Origin: Tubulanus polymorphus
Taxonomy: Eukaryota > Animalia > Nemertea
Reading direction: 5' to 3'
DNA: 64,000 nucleotides
Assembly (NCBI RefSeq): GCF_964204645.1
Contig: NC_134034.1
Location: forward strand, 9,622,962-9,686,961
Shown here piece by piece: positions 13,456 through 28,752 of this stretch (position 1 is its first letter; the number at the start of each line of letters is the position of its first letter). The notes under the pieces were generated by a model. That model did no database searches. It saw only the letters and a program-made list of their open reading frames with translations, and was not told where the DNA came from. A program made the translations under genes and the position numbers.

Positions 13456-14964
13456 CCAGAATCTCACAGTCTGCAGGGTTTCACTCATAACAGAGCACAA
13501 TTTCTCATAGCGAGCACATTTTTTTCCCAACGTCAAACCAAGACTGACTTGTATCTGATGAAACACAATCTCGAGGGGAACATTTCAACTGGTAATGATC
13601 GCGTTAATAATACCATCGGGATCATCGCTGCTCAAATGATCGTCTAAAAGTCAATAGCTGATTATCATTACCATATCCTCGTCGAAATTGAAAAACTTCA
13701 AAATTTCTTATTTCAATCATTCATTGAATGTTATATTATAAAGACTGGTCATGTGACGCTATTGGTAGTGCGACGCTATTACTAGCCATGTGACACGAAT
13801 GTTGGTCATGTGACACAAATGCTGGTCATGTGGTCATGCAACACTATCGCACAGCTCCATCAATGATGTCATCAATGACCGTGCACGGGTTTGCACGACC
13901 TTGAACGTATTGTGATTTTTTTCTCATTTCCTGTATTTTGCCAAGTAAAAACACGACGACAAGCGATCAACAATCAGCGATCAACAATCAGCGATGTGAT
14001 ATTATTAGTTTCAGTGAATGAGAGACGATCAATCGGTCGATGGCATTGATATCAACGATGAATGAAATAAAATATCTAACTGTACCTCGCCGGGTCCACA
14101 ACTCGTGTATAACCGGTCTATACTCAAATTGCAATTACAACGAGGCAAGAAAAATACTGAGGAACTGAGTAAGAATTTGAGTGAGATGTAGCAAGAATGG
14201 GAGAGGGGTGAGTGCCACAGGGAATGGGGGTGGGGGTGGCAAGAATGCAACTGGTAACGGGAGAGGGTGGAAAAGTAGAGAAAAGAGGGAGATAGCAGGA
14301 GAGTGAGATCGAGAAGAGCAGAGGACAGAAAGAGAGCAAGGAGGTAAGAAGGGAAGAGAGGAAAAAGAGGGATGACGGGTAAGAGAGAGAGAGGGGGAGG
14401 AATGGGAGTGTAGCGAAGAGCTGTAGTCGATGCTGCACTGATTTATTGTAATAAAGCAATCTTCATAGTTTTCCTCTAATTTTCAGCTGGTTAGATTTTT
14501 CACTGCCACGGGACGATGCAGACGGATGACGATGCAGACGCAGGCTGCGGCGGCGGGCGATGCTATACAACGTGATATACGACATATAATTCACATAGAA
14601 AATGGGCTAATGTCGTTTCATTCTGGCGGCCTTCTTAACATCGTAGCCACGCCGTAAACTGTCTAATAAATCGCTATTTACACGAAGCGAGAGATCGGCG
14701 TAATCCGTCTAATTATTCGCACTAAATAGCCTCGAGAAATCACGGCTAAAGTTGTAAATAATTTCTAGCGATGTTGAAGGGCGCCCGAACAGGTTTGGGT
14801 GGTTCCAACAGCTAGATCGAAGGGTTATAGGGCGAATAAAAAAGCAAAGGCTTTTTTCTTGTTTGATTTTCAAACCAGGATTTCTATCAAACATCGCAAA
14901 TAAGCAAACAACGAGGCATGGTGGCTACAATATTGTACAGTGCATATTCATTAAACTACATAAC

Positions 14965-15060
<96 letters not shown>

Positions 15061-15699
15061 TATATATATTAATATATTCCGTGTATGATGAATGTTGCTG
15101 CCAGCAGCAGCGCTCACTCGGCGGTTGTGTCAATATAAATTACCGGCTAAACAAATTACGACCTCATCAATATTCATGACATCATCGGCGACGCCGGGCG
15201 AAAATTCGCATATATGCAAATCGAGTCCAGGTGTTGGCCACATTATTATCGGAAACTTATTTTTCGAACAGGAAAATGTAAAAAACATCGACTCCGCGGT
15301 TTGTTGATTTAGTGACGAATTTTACCTACCCCCCTTCCAACCTTTATTTATATTACGATAACAACGTGCGACAATGAATTATACATTTTTCGCAAGACAA
15401 ATAGTGGACCACGTTTTATTCATAAGTTTCAATAGCTGCGATACCTGTTGAGTGAATATATTTTCCTCGTCGTTTAAAAATCTCTTTGTTACTACTAGAT
15501 GTTGTCGTATGATATTAGTCACTGCAACGCTCTAGCGACCGGTTTCAACTTCGCGAGTTATCTATAGATTCAAAATTGGAAATGCGTCGATAAAAATCCC
15601 AACTGCTCCTCACCTCTCCCCAACCTCTCGTGGTTATTATAAACGTAGAACGAAAACGAGCTTCGACTGCACTTTAGTTGTTGGCAAAACCAGCAATGG

Positions 15700-16775
15700 G
15701 CTTAAGACTGGTCTCAAGTTGTTAGATTGGTTATCAAACCAAAATGAGTTTAGACTGGTCTTAAGTTGTTAGATTGGTTATCAAACCAAAATGAGTTTAG
15801 ACTGGTCTTAAGTTGTTAGATTGGTTATCAAACCAAAATGAGTTTAGACTGGTCTCAAGTTGTTAGATTGGTTATCAAACCAAAATGAGTTTAGACTGGT
15901 CTCAAGTTGTTAGATTGGTTATCAAACCAAAATGAGTTTAGACTGGTCTCAAGTTGTTAGATTGGTTATCAAACCAAAATGAGTTTAGACTGGTCTTAAG
16001 TTGTTAGATTGGCTATAGAACCAAAATGAGTTTAAACTGGTCTTAGTTGTTAGATTGGTTATAGAACCAAAATGAGTTTAGACTGGTCTCAAGTTGTTAG
16101 ATTGGTTATCAAACCAAAATGAGTTTAGACTGGTCTTAAGTTGTTAGATTGGCTATAGAACCAAAATGAGTTTAAACTGGTCTTAGTTGTTAGATTGGTT
16201 ATAGAACCAAAATGAGTTTAGACTGGTCTCAAGTTGTTAGATTGGTTATCAAACCAAAATGAGTTTAGACTGGTCTTAAGTTGTTAGATTGGCTATAGAA
16301 CCAAAATGAGTTTAAACTGGTCTTAGTTGTTAGATTGGTAATAGAACCAAAATGAGTTTAGACTGGTCTCAAGTTGTTAGATTGGTTATCAAACCAAAAT
16401 GAGTTTAAACTGGTCTTAGTTGTTAGATTGGTTATAGAACCAAAATGAGTTTAAACTGGTCTTAGTTGTTAGATTGGTTATAGAACCAAAATGAATTTAG
16501 ACTGGTCTCAAGTTGTTAGATTGGTTATCAAACCAAAATGAGTTTAGACTGGTCTTAAGTTGTTAGATTGGTTATAGAACCAAAAGGAGCTTAGACTGGT
16601 CTTAAGCTGTTATATTGGTTATCAAATCAAAATGAGTTTAGACTGATCTTAAGTTGTTAGGTTGACTATGGAATCAACATGGTCTTAGACTGGTTTCAAG
16701 TTCTTAGATCGATAAAAGTCCAAAGATAGTTTAACACGGGTGTTTAGTCCAGTACAGACTGTGCAATTGGGCCTC
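15700..16775 (+). repeat. 47-bp minisatellite, largest array of a dispersed family (also 6661-6975, 8600-8755, 24075-24520 as a 46-bp variant, 38011-38458, 44745-45185, 50583-50795; inverted at 50798-51030)
   Basis: Unit gactggtcttaagttgttagattggttatagaaccaaaatgagttta, about 21 copies here. Confidence 0.95.
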
Positions 16776-17048
16776 GGGCTTAATTAAGTTTACAAACATA
16801 AAACACAGACTAAATGTTGTCAATAATCGAGGGCAGGTAGAACTGTTTGAAATGGGACGCTGCGCTACTTTTACTGAAACACGATGATAATTACACTAAC
16901 AATTATCACACCGATCACTAATTACATTTACTGACGAGTTCAAATTTTTACCGAGGCAATTATAACATCATCGGCCATTAACGATCATTTGCGATTTGAA
17001 TAGGCCTCGATACGCTAATTCATTGTCTCTACCTCCCCATCTCTCATC

Positions 17049-17578
17049 ATACCTCCCTCCCTGTTTGTCGAGCTATACCTCTGTCCCTGTTTGTCGAGCT
17101 ATACCTCCCTCCCTGTTTGTCGAGCTATACCTCTCTCCCTGTTTGTCGAGCTATACCTCTCTCCCTGTTTGTCGAGCTATACCTCCCTCCCTGTTTGTCG
17201 AGCTATACCTCTGTCCCTGTTTGTCGAGCTATACCTCTCTCCCTGTTTGTCGAGCTATACCTCTCTCCCTGTTTGTCGAGCTATACCTCCCTCCCTGTTT
17301 GTCGAGCTATACCTCTCTCCCTGTTTGTCGAGCTATACCTCCCTCCCTGTTTGTCGAGCTATACCTCTGTCCCTGTTTGTCGAGCTATACCTCTCTCCCT
17401 GTTTGTCGAGCTATACCTCCCTCCCTGTTTGTCGAGCTATACCTCCCTCCCTGTTTGTCGAGCTATACCTCTCTCCCTGTTTGTCGAGCTATACCTCCCT
17501 CCCTGTTTGTCGAGCTATACCTCTGTCCCTGTTTGTCGAGCTATACCTCTCTCCCTGTTTGTCGTGCTATACCTCTCT
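17049..17578. repeat. 26-bp minisatellite, about 20 copies
   Basis: Unit ccctgtttgtcgagctatacctctct. Confidence 0.97.
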
Positions 17579-18214
17579 CATTCTCCCTACCTCCCCTTTC
17601 ATCTCTTCCTCTCTCCATGAATCATCCTCTACCTCTTTCTTCGTTCTTCACCTCCTCCCTGATAATATCTCCTTCCTTGTCCAAAGATACCGATACTGGT
17701 CCCTGAACTGCCGAACATGCCCCTCCTCGCCAGCAGGCCTTTATCGTTCCATACACAAACAATCATTTTTTCTTCATATAAACTGAACACATCAATGATT
17801 CACTTGACTAAAGTTGTTTTAAAAGGGTGGCCACTTCCCGCTCATTCAGAAATCCTCAGCCCTCCCCCCCTCCCCAAGTATAGAGCAGTCAATAACATAC
17901 CCAGATTTCCCGGTTTTTGGAGGTTTGCAGGTTTTCGATAAAATTTGTCAAATTCCCCGAGTTTTTCCAGGATTTTTCCGATTCACTGAGTTTTTGATCA
18001 TGAAATACTGAAATGTCCCTCGTATTTATAATAGGGCCTACCGTCGAACGATCAATTCGATAATCATGTTATGTTGTTCATTTGGTATAAAAACAATTTT
18101 TACCGGGTGGCACGCAGAGTCGTTATCATGTAGTTAGAGAAGTTCAGGAAGTGCTCACTAAACCGTTATGAAAAACAGGAAACATTGTTTACTACTGATA
18201 ATAATTACAGGATA

Positions 18215-18570
<356 letters not shown>

Positions 18571-19217
18571 TTGAATGGCAGTTTGTACGTAATTATATGC
18601 GCAGAGATTTAGGTCGGGAAATTTGATGAAATGACCAGATGAACGGCCTCGAACCAGCGTCGAAACCTAGTCCATCGGGGGCCACCCGCTGAAGAAGAGG
18701 ACATCTCCAGATTAGTAGGCTAAGAGCAAGGGGCCACCTCGATTGGATGGACTTGTGACAACCCAAATGGGTTATTATTGATTTCAAACGGATAACTGAA
18801 CCGATGATACTGCGTTACCTTCTCGCGTTTAAACACAAGTGATTTTAATCATCTACGATGAACTCGGTCTGAAAAATATTCACATCGATACAAACTGCGA
18901 CCGAAGATTGACGACTTTCAAACACGATCTTTGTTCAACACTAAAAACGTGGCTCTGAATCATAAAAGATGCCTATGACGATCAGAACTCGATCTGAAGA
19001 ATATTCACATCGATACAAACTGACCGAACACTGACGACTTTCAAACGACCTTAGTTTCACTCTTAAAACGTGGCTACGAATGAGAACAGATACCTCTGAC
19101 GAACTTCATCGTGAATATCTCTATCGATGATAAGCACAGTCGCACGAACTGTTCACGAACGCGGCGACTTTTTCACGATTCCGACGATCGCACAGATATA
19201 TAGTATAAAATTCTTAC

Positions 19218-19319
19218 CCGAAAATGATCGCAGTTTATATTCCAAAAATTTTCACCGCTGTCGTTTACGAAAACTTTCGACGAACACGAATGGTTCTTGC
19301 GTAACTGGTCGCAGTTCAT
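19218..19319 (-). CDS. Weak candidate alternative first exon (MNCDQLRK...DHFR)
   Basis: 34 codons from ATG to CGG|gtaaga, phase 0; peptide not recognised. Confidence 0.3.
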
Positions 19320-19354
19320 TCTCCGTCGAAATCCAGATATATATATATATCTAT

Positions 19355-19377
19355 GTTTCAGAGCCCAGTCATTTATA

Positions 19378-19451
<74 letters not shown>

Positions 19452-19474
19452 TATAAATGACTGGGCTCTGAAAC
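19355..19474. repeat. Perfect 120-bp palindrome centred on (TA)n
   Basis: gtttcagagcccagtcatttatatatatg...(TA)n...catatatataaatgactgggctctgaaac; G19383 pairs with C19446. Confidence 0.95.
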
Positions 19475-21617
19475 CCTCTCTATGAAACCCTCTGGCTATC
19501 TAAACAGTCCCCGAGTTTTGACCCAGTGATTCCTAGTAATCGGTAGACTTGACTTAAACGAGTAAATTCATAGAAAATGTATCAAATTTTAGCAGCTAGA
19601 GTAGAAGATATTGAAAACGATATTTGCTTTTCATAATCGAGTGAAATTTAACTCATAACTGTGGTTTCTGGATCCAGAACCCGGTCGCGCAATCGACTTA
19701 TTCCGATCCTTGACAGTCAAATCGAATGCGAAACTTTGGAGCCAGTCACGAGGAGTCAGCTCCACAGTTACGGGTTGAATTTGACTCAAGCCTATGAATC
19801 GGGGTCCACTACTCACTTCGAAAGCTTCGAAATAAAAGAACTAAATAAAATCGACAACTTTTCAACTGAAGGGTCCCACGCAAGAAGACTTTAAGGAATC
19901 GATCGCTATTTGTGCCTGCACGTACCTATAGAGCCGACCGGATTGAATCATGAAATCGCGGGGAAAAAGAAAAGCCGTAGTTAGCAGACCAGCCGAACAT
20001 GACTTCAGCGGAAAATTAAAATTACAAAAATTGCGACATCGAAAAAATTCCATATTCATGACTGAAGAAAAAACTTCCCGGTTTTTCAACAAAAAAAAAA
20101 AAAAAAAAATTTCAATTCTCATGATCGCAAAATTATCATACAGTTAAAATGAAACGAAGCCAGGCATCGGAAATACCTAAACAACTATCGCGAACAATAC
20201 GCATAATTACACGCCGAGCGATATTAATACCCCTACCCCTATATGTATATATCGAATAGACTCGTTCATATTTTCCATCGAAATTGGTCAGTCCGTATTT
20301 CAACAACGTGAATACATTGACGAAATTAGCCGCGCGATTATTATTATTAAAATAGACAGCTGGTCAAAAACTCTATACACACGTGTACGAGTACATTAAT
20401 GAATGAAATAATTTCATACAATGCATGTATACATACGTGCGCCGTAGTTATTCCCGGAAGTTTTAACCGTGAATTCGCAATTTTACCGCCGTCGCATTTA
20501 GACAGCTTCGTTTCGGTAACCGAGGGCATTACGAAACGTTTTAGGGCAAAGTTGCCGATAAAATGGTATTCTGACGGAGTAGCTTTAATTCCAGTCCGCG
20601 AAAAACTGTTCTACGTTTCAGTTTCAATCGAATGAATCTGAATTTCAATGAAAACCATACCAATTACTTTGTAGAAAAATGAATCCTTTGAATATTTGGT
20701 GGGTCCTGCAGCAATGTATGTGTGTGAGTACAAGTAAAACGAGTATATGTATGTATATGAATTCGGGAGCCTAAAACTTTGGTTTAAAGTTCATCGACAA
20801 TGAAATTTTAAGTTTTAACAACGTAAGACCAAATGCTTGTCACGCCACCTGGTGGAATAGCTGGTATCGCGGCAAACGCTTTCATCTCAATTCGCCGTTT
20901 TTGCTGAATTCATTAAACTATAATTTCTATCCAGCCTATGCTACTAACATCGTTTGTATTCCTCCTTTGTTAAAGCCGCCAGCTTCATGCTGCCTTTAGG
21001 TTCTGCCAAGCTTGCGTAATACAAATATTGTATATTTCATGTGCGAATGAAGTTGATTGTTTTGTATTGTATTGTATTCCCCTATTACGCATTCAGATAA
21101 TGCCAGCCACCCCTTCCCCCTGATAGGCGCTCCCCTCCCCCCTGATAGGCGCACAGCCGAGATGAGGTTCCTATATTTAGGCAGCTGTGCGATTACCATA
21201 TAGGCCTACGCACATACACACACACAAGAATAATATACAAACATCAAAACTGAGAATGAATCTTTATCAAAATGCACGAACAGGCAATCTGTGACATGCG
21301 GCAGTCTGCGTTGTCATTGCCAGCCTGTCGCGCGCACACGTGTTAACTCAGATTTCTCAAAGACAGTGCGCGTCTATACTTAATGTACTCCTACTTGAAA
21401 TGAGATGCAAGGCAAAAACTGACAACTGTAAAATGGCACGACTCGGTTGAATCATCCCAAAATATCTAGTGCCGCCCACAGCAACAAAACATATCTTAAG
21501 CTGGAAGGAGGGGTAGGTGGGCTTCGAGACTGCTAGTGACTCGCGACACAAGCGGGAGAGCGGGAGAGCGGGAGAGCGGGAGAGCGGGAGAGCGGGAGAG
21601 CGGGAGAGCGGGAGAGA

Positions 21618-21703
<86 letters not shown>

Positions 21704-24565
21704 ACTGAACACAAACGAGTCCAAAGTCTACTACTACACGCGGATCTGGGGCCAATTATCCATTGATCACAGATCTGCAAGAAAACGCGAGCATTCATCG
21801 TCTACTAGTTGAACGTCATCAGCGAACGTCGATAAAAACGAACACAAGTGAACGCCGAGGTGAGACAATTTCCAGTGCGCTCACGAGCAGACGGCAACCG
21901 ATGTATCAGCCCCCCCTAACTCAACTCTGTTCTCTCTCTCTCTCTCCAGCAGCTATTATCATCTCTCTCTCTCGCTCGCGCTCGCTAGCGCAGAGAAGCT
22001 AATCTAATTACGTCAACAATAAAAAGGCCGAACCTAAATTCCAGGTGATTGAAAGCGGCAATTGATGACGAAAAACTAATTACGAAGAAAACGACGGAAT
22101 GAACGGAAAACCCTGGAGAACGACGCGTAGGCTGACAGTATTATAATAACCACACGCCGCCGACGAAGCTCTACAATCCTAGCTTTGATTCCTGATTCTT
22201 AAAACGTAAACTTTCAAATCGGGGTACGCTGTCGAAAAATCAGGGTCTAACGTGTTTAGAAATAAGGGTTCAATACCTTGAAAACCTGGGTTAACTGCCT
22301 CGCCTCGAATCAGGGCCATAAAACCGGGGTCTACAACCTTGAAAAATAGGAGCTATTCTCACTGGAATTTAGGTCTTATTACCTTGGAAAGCAAGAAATT
22401 GTTATATTAGAAACAAGAGATCATTGCCATACGGTTTACTACCATACAAACCAGGGTTTACTAAATAACAAACCAGGGTTTACTAGCTTGAAAATTAGGG
22501 CCATCTGCCTTGAAAACAAATGGTCTACTACCTTATAAATCCGGGTTCATCGCCTTGAAAATCACGATCTCATGCCTTCAAAACCATACTACCTTACGAA
22601 TCAGGGTTCATTGCCTTCAAAATCATGGTCTACTACTTCATAAATAAGGGTTTATTACCTTGATAATCACGATCTCATGCCTTGAAAACGATGGTCTACT
22701 ACTACTACCTTAAAATCAGGGTTCATCGCCTTGAAAATCTGGAGCTACTGCCTTGAAAATCAAGGTCCGCTGCCTCAAAAGATCTAACAACAGAATCAAA
22801 CATTCAAATTGAAGTTTGATTCGGACGGACGGCATTACGAGACTCGGCTACTTTTACCACTCGTTGCGACGCTATTTCATCGCGCACACACGTGATCGAC
22901 TCTTATTTCCGACTCTTCAATCGAGCAGGCGACAATACGAAGGATAGATACAATCGATGATATAAACGTTGTTACCTGCCAATCTATGTTTGTCTCAAAA
23001 ACGAACGAATAATTCCCAAGAAGAAAATCAGCTAAATATATATATATATCAATGATAGAGGAACTAAATAGCACTTATATATACATATATATAATAATAC
23101 TAGGATACATGGAGAGATGGTTAACAATAATAAAGGCTCCAATTGATGAAACACGAAGGCTTATATTCGTCGGTCATTTATTTTCGAGGGGATTCTTCGG
23201 TTTATGCGGCGCATTTTTCAGTTCGTTTCGACGAAATAGAAAACGATTTCGAGGAAACGAAAATCTAGTCCGGAGAGCTTTTATCTCGCGAGAACCGCAA
23301 TAACGGAGGATCAGGATTAGCCGAGATTAGCGATTATCCGCACAAAAAAACCACTTTTTTCGAGAGGGTATTCGATCGATTTTACGAATGTGTCGAATGG
23401 ACGAGAAATTCTTACGACGACGAAATTCGCGATTTCAGTCATTTTTTTCGCGGTGCCGTCGGCGGCGTCCTCGAAAATTCGCGACCGTCGAAAATTCGCG
23501 CCTAATTAGAAATACATATCGCTCTAGATATGAAACCGGTAATTACTGATTATATTATCGCCTGGCACGCCGAACCCGCCAACTTCCATTGTTACTGTCT
23601 GTAACTTCGGATGTCGGCAATTTTCCCTCTCATCATTTCTGGGTCAATCGAATTCCGTTTTGGCGCGAGAACGCAAGCGCCCGAACTGAAAGTCGCAATT
23701 CGATAGCGTCTCGTGTCTATTGTTCTCCAACGCGCTATACGACTTATTTTTCTTAATTTCATTAACGGCTTAGCGGAAGAAAAAAAACCTCTGTACTTTT
23801 TTTTTTCTTTTCCATTCCACCGACTGACTGATTGTTTGTCTACTCGATCAGGAATTCATAACTCGCCTATCCGATAAAAGCGCCAACGAGAATTTATCGT
23901 CGAAAAAAAAATTATGTCGAAGTTGCACCGAACTGGCGCTTCAGTTTAGCTTATTCGCGCGATTGGAGCAGATTAACTAGGAACCAGGGGTCAGGCGGCC
24001 CGGCATCTGAGCTTGAGTCCCCAAAAAATTTTTAAGAATTAAAAATATCAGTCGCCCAGATGAAAAATTGTGTAGAATTGGCTATAGAACTTAAATAAGG
24101 TTAGACTGGTCTGAAGTTTGTACAGCCAAACAAAACCAAAATGAGGTTAGACTGGTCTTAAGTCGGTACAGCCAAACAAAACCGAAATGAAGTTAGACTG
24201 GTCTTAAGTTGGTACAGCCAAACAAAACCAAAATGAGGTGAGACTGGTCTTAAGTTGGTACAGCCAAACAAAACCAAAATGAGGTTAGACTGGTCTTAAG
24301 TTGGTACAGCCAGACAAAACCAAAATGAAGTTAGACTGGTCTTAAGTTGGTACAGCCAAACAAAACCGAAATGAAGTTAGACTGGTCTTAAGCTATTCTA
24401 TTTGATTGGTCATAGAACGGAACCGAGCTCGAGACTGGTCTTAAGTTATCTGATCGGCTATTCGACTAAGATCGTCATAAGACTGTGAATAAATCTAGGC
24501 CATGACTGTGCAACTGGCCGAACGAATAATTCAACCAACACAATATGAAATAAATATATACGTAC

Positions 24566-24685
24566 GTAAAAGTAATCTAGGCCGGAGGTGGAGCCACCGG
24601 TCGCAGCGGTGGATAAATGCGGATAGTACATCCACATGGATGCGACGTTGCGCTGGTACCGTTCCAGATCGAATAATGTCGCCAT
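24566..24685 (-). CDS. Alternative first coding exon (MATLFDLERYQRNVASMWMYYPHL...LDYFY)
   Basis: ataATGG context, 40 codons, GC-rich against AT-rich flank, donor TAC|gtacgt in phase 0. YYPH recalls the YYYPHY of vertebrate RBMS3 exon 1. Confidence 0.68.
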
Positions 24686-27034
24686 TATAACGAGAGCGCC
24701 GCGTGAACGAACTAAAAAAAATCCCCGCGATCCTTCGGGCGAAAATAACGACACTTCGCGCTTTAGATTAAAAGCGAATTTTTTAACCGTTCGTTAAGAA
24801 CTAGTTTACGTCACCAACGAATTCTTCTCGATCTCGTAAAAGTTTATTCGTACGCTCCGATGTGAAATCGTGTCACTTGCTTCAATCAGCTTGTCGATTT
24901 TTTTTTCCAAATCTAACGACGACACTGTGTTCTATGTACTATACTCGCTGATTAAACTACGGCGACCCGTTAACGGAGAGAGCTGCGAGGTGAGAGATAT
25001 CAGATCTAGGTTTTTTTTTTCTTTTCAGGTTCGTACGGAGCGGAATTTTTTCCCTATCGTTTGTTTGTTTATTGATCGATCATAAAGCGATCCATTCATG
25101 CCCTACGACGCGGCGCGCGCTGCAAGCAAGCAAGTCGTACATACATCGCCGTTAGTTTTCTACTAGTATAGTAAGGCTAAACGAAATTGGTACCTCGTTC
25201 TGCTGAGCTTAGAAATTGACCCGAACAATCGCCTATCTACCCTGTTTTTACATTACTTTTTTTAAAAATTGTGATCAATTTTTAAGTTGACCCGACCGGT
25301 CGCAAGTTCGCGATCAATTATCGAGAATTTTCAATAAAAAATCAAACCACTACTAGAGTCGAAGACCTGCATCATCTACCCAATCGCCGAATCTCATAAT
25401 TCCCCAAAATTTCTTAAAACTTTGATTTCAAATTTGCATTTCCACATTAGCTTATCCCAGCAATTCTACATTTTTTTCGCAGGCGTCAAATAATTTTCAA
25501 AAATTAATTTTCTTGTTTTAAATTGTGATCAATTTTGAAGTTGACCCGACCGGCCGCCGATCTACCCAGTACATTACTTTTTTTCAAAAATCGTGACCAA
25601 CTTTACTGTTACAGCTAAAGAAATGAAATAATTACGAATTTGATCATATTTTCAAAAATTGACGCGTTCGCTGCGCAGAAACGAGGTATCGTTTTTGTTT
25701 GGACTAAAGGGTTATCGAGAGTATATAGCCGGGAGTACGTTCCTGCCGAACCGAGAACAAAATCGCTCCCAAAGAAGAAGATCGCGTTTAAAGAACGCCG
25801 AAACCGGTTTTTAATCGATGAATAAAAATGTGCCGAAAAAAATCCGGTTTTTTTTGTTCATTATTATTCCACGTGACATTGAAGCGCATACTCGAAACGT
25901 ACGGGCGAAATCATGCCCGTTACCGTGCCCTAGCCCGCCCGATCAATCGACACCCACCGGCCCAAATAGGTTTCTTTCTTAATTTTTTTTTTCAAAGCGA
26001 TATAGGTCAAACGCGTAGTGCTATATATACTTGCCCCAACGCGAGTCATGAGACTTACTAGAAAGATGTGTGCATTAGTAATCTACTAACGTCAACGCGA
26101 AAACACTTCAATCAAATTTAAAAGATATCTTTGTGAAATATGCGGTCGGTCGCGTATTAAGAGCTGACAGGTCATTCTAAATAAACCCACTCAATTCGAA
26201 TATGACAGGTCTTTCACAATCTCTCGCTCATAACTGAAGAGGTTAGCTACGACACATTTTAAACAAACGCAAAACTGTGGAACTGGGTCCCGAGTCAACT
26301 GTGGAACTGAATCGAATTAAACCCACACAACTGTGGAACTGGGTTTAGAGTCGAATTAAAACCGAACAACTGTGGAACTGGATCCAGGGCCAACTTCACA
26401 GCAGTGGAACTGGGTTCAGTGAAATTAAACCCATACAACTAAGGAACTGGATCCTGGACCAAATTAAACTAACTCTAATGTGGAACCAAGTTCACAAATT
26501 AAATCCACACAACTATGGACCAGGGTCCAGGTTCAAATTAAACCCGATTTCAATCTGAAAAAATATCGCGCCAAGCTACGAGTTAGATTTTCGAGGAAGG
26601 AATCGAAGGTGGTTGCCAGAAAAAACCTATGACAAGTCAGCCCAATGTGTGTATAAGGAGTATCTATATAAGACTATAGCGTTTATCTCTAAAACAAATA
26701 TTATTTTAACACAAATACATTTTCAGAACGGGACAGACATACGAGATAGACGATGGCATTTTCGATAACTACCACATTTCATGACATTTGTCGGAATTTT
26801 TTCAACCTTGCCTGTAGCGATAGAACAGCGTTTTAACGACCTGTGAACTAAAGTAGGACTGCTCCGTATCGTCTTACAGTAACCACCAGGAAGCAAGTTT
26901 AGAAAACAGGGTTCTTGTACACCAACTTCACCAACACCAGATGGCGCCTAACAGTGCGGTTAAAATTCAATCGACTTCGAATTGGGATTTCAAAGACTGA
27001 ATCCTGAATATTATCAAACAAGCCTTGACTGATA

Positions 27035-27230
27035 TCCTACTGCACACAAGTGACACCTGGTGGATCCTCACTTGCCACAAGAAGAATTCTCTATTGCTAC
27101 AATAGTTGATGCCCCACTGACACCTGGTGGATCCGCACTTGCCACAAGCGGAATCCTCTATTGCCACAGTAGTTGATGTCCTACTGCACACTAGCGACAC
27201 CTGGTGGATCCCCACTAGCTACTAGTGGAA
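27035..27230 (-). repeat. Dispersed repeat carrying the CTCF-like core CCACCAGGTGTCGCTA
   Basis: Three tandem units here; also 31850-32000, 32580-32725 (opposite strand), 44036-44068, and a degenerate copy near 59955-59975. Confidence 0.8.
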
Positions 27231-27789
27231 TCGTCTTGCGCAGTAGATTTCACTTACAGTTACTCGACACTTCAAAGCACTATTTGAAGTTAGAACCATA
27301 ATCAAAGATCTATAACATAAAATTCGCACCCTCCATTCATACTAATTTCGTGGAAACTAAGCACAGGCAATTATAGAATGTCTATTACGCTGAATGGGCG
27401 GAGAGTAACTATGGCAGCCGAACTATTTCGAAATCTCCTTCAGCTATATCTCTCCTAAAGTCATTGTTGTTGCGTTTGAAGTGCATTATTTCTCAATGGC
27501 AGCTTCGAGCCGTATGATATGAGAGGGGGGCCCAACCGACGAACTGTTCCGTTTTATAGGTCAATATACCCTACAGTAGACAAGTGCGCGTTTAATGATG
27601 AAATTTGAAGGGCTCGAGGGGTACTACTCATGAGTTGCAGCATTCGACTAAACAGATTGTTTCATTATTTCGTATGCTGCAATACAATGAGCGTCACTTG
27701 AGTTGGAATGCGAATATACATTTTACAAGGCTATTATTATAAGAGCGAGGTCTATATTTCAAGTGCGGAGGGGAAACCAGCGCTACCCG

Positions 27790-28132
27790 GAAAACCGTGC
27801 AACGGAGTTCAGAATCAAATTAAACCTGCGCAACTGCGGAACTGAGTTCAGAAACCAAATAAATCCACACAACTGTGCAACTGGATCCAGAGTCAAATTA
27901 AACCCACACAACTGTGGAACTGGGTACAGAGTCAAATTAAACCTACACAACTGTGAAACTGGATCCAGAGTCAAATTAAACCCACAACTGTGGAACTGGA
28001 CCCAGAATCAAATTAAACCCACACAACTGTGGAAATGGATTCAGAATCAAATTAAACCGAAACAACTGTGGAAATGGGTTCAGAGTCCAATTAAACCCAC
28101 ACTGGCTGCGTAACTGGATCCAGAGTCGAATC
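27790..28132 (+). repeat. 39-bp minisatellite family (also 26272-26545, 36968-37242, 40328-40727)
   Basis: Unit aattaaacccacacaactgtggaactggatccagagtca. Confidence 0.93.
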
Positions 28133-28722
28133 AAACAAACAAACCTTTCCACAAAAAGGGCAAACGTTTTTTTTAAGTTGGGTCACAAATATTTCATGGA
28201 ACGCTTGATGTTTTTTCTTAAACAAAGAGAACTGAGTTTTTTTTTGTCTATCTCTTTGATATCGCAACAGCGAACACAAAGCTGATCTCTCATAAACTTC
28301 ATATAACAGCCACAAACAATTAACGCACTGTGGGATAAAGGGTCTAGATGTTTGTCCTTGAACCCTGCGTAGTCGACTAAGAAAGATTAAAGTAATCAGG
28401 TCGTAATCGATCTTTATGTTATTTTGATCTGTACGTGTATTTCATTGCGGGGGTTGATTATCCTAAACGTTATTATTTTGCTGCGCGCGTCGATGCAGTA
28501 TTTAGAAATATGAAACTGTTTACGTCAATATCGTTTTATAACGATTTCTGTTGATAAGCTACGAACGAACGAACGAACGAACATCGAAGGGCTTGTTTCG
28601 AAAAACCACTCGCTCCCACCTCCCTATCCCCCTCTTCGTATCGCGTCTCCGTCCTACTCCCAGCCCTCTCCCCATACCCACGGGTCGATCGAGGGGCTCC
28701 TACGAGACTTCCTTCAGAGTAC

Positions 28723-28752
28723 TGCTGCACCAACTATCCCTCTAGATGGCGC
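28723..28752 (+). promoter_or_regulatory. CTCF-like site with upstream module
   Basis: tgctgcacc-N7-cctctagatggcgc fits the CTCF core plus the upstream motif read by zinc fingers 9-11. Other core matches: 3723-3740(-), 5325-5340(+), 20841-20855(-), 26934-26949(+), 51403-51418(+), 52980-52995(-). Confidence 0.55.

Noticed and set aside
16996-17786. Long ORFs of 167-236 aa in three frames
   Set aside because: Products of a stop-free 26-bp tandem repeat.
18630-18770. tRNA gene suggested by the minus-strand B-box ggttcgaggcc (similar at 53455-53520)
   Set aside because: No cloverleaf can be folded; at most decayed SINE heads.
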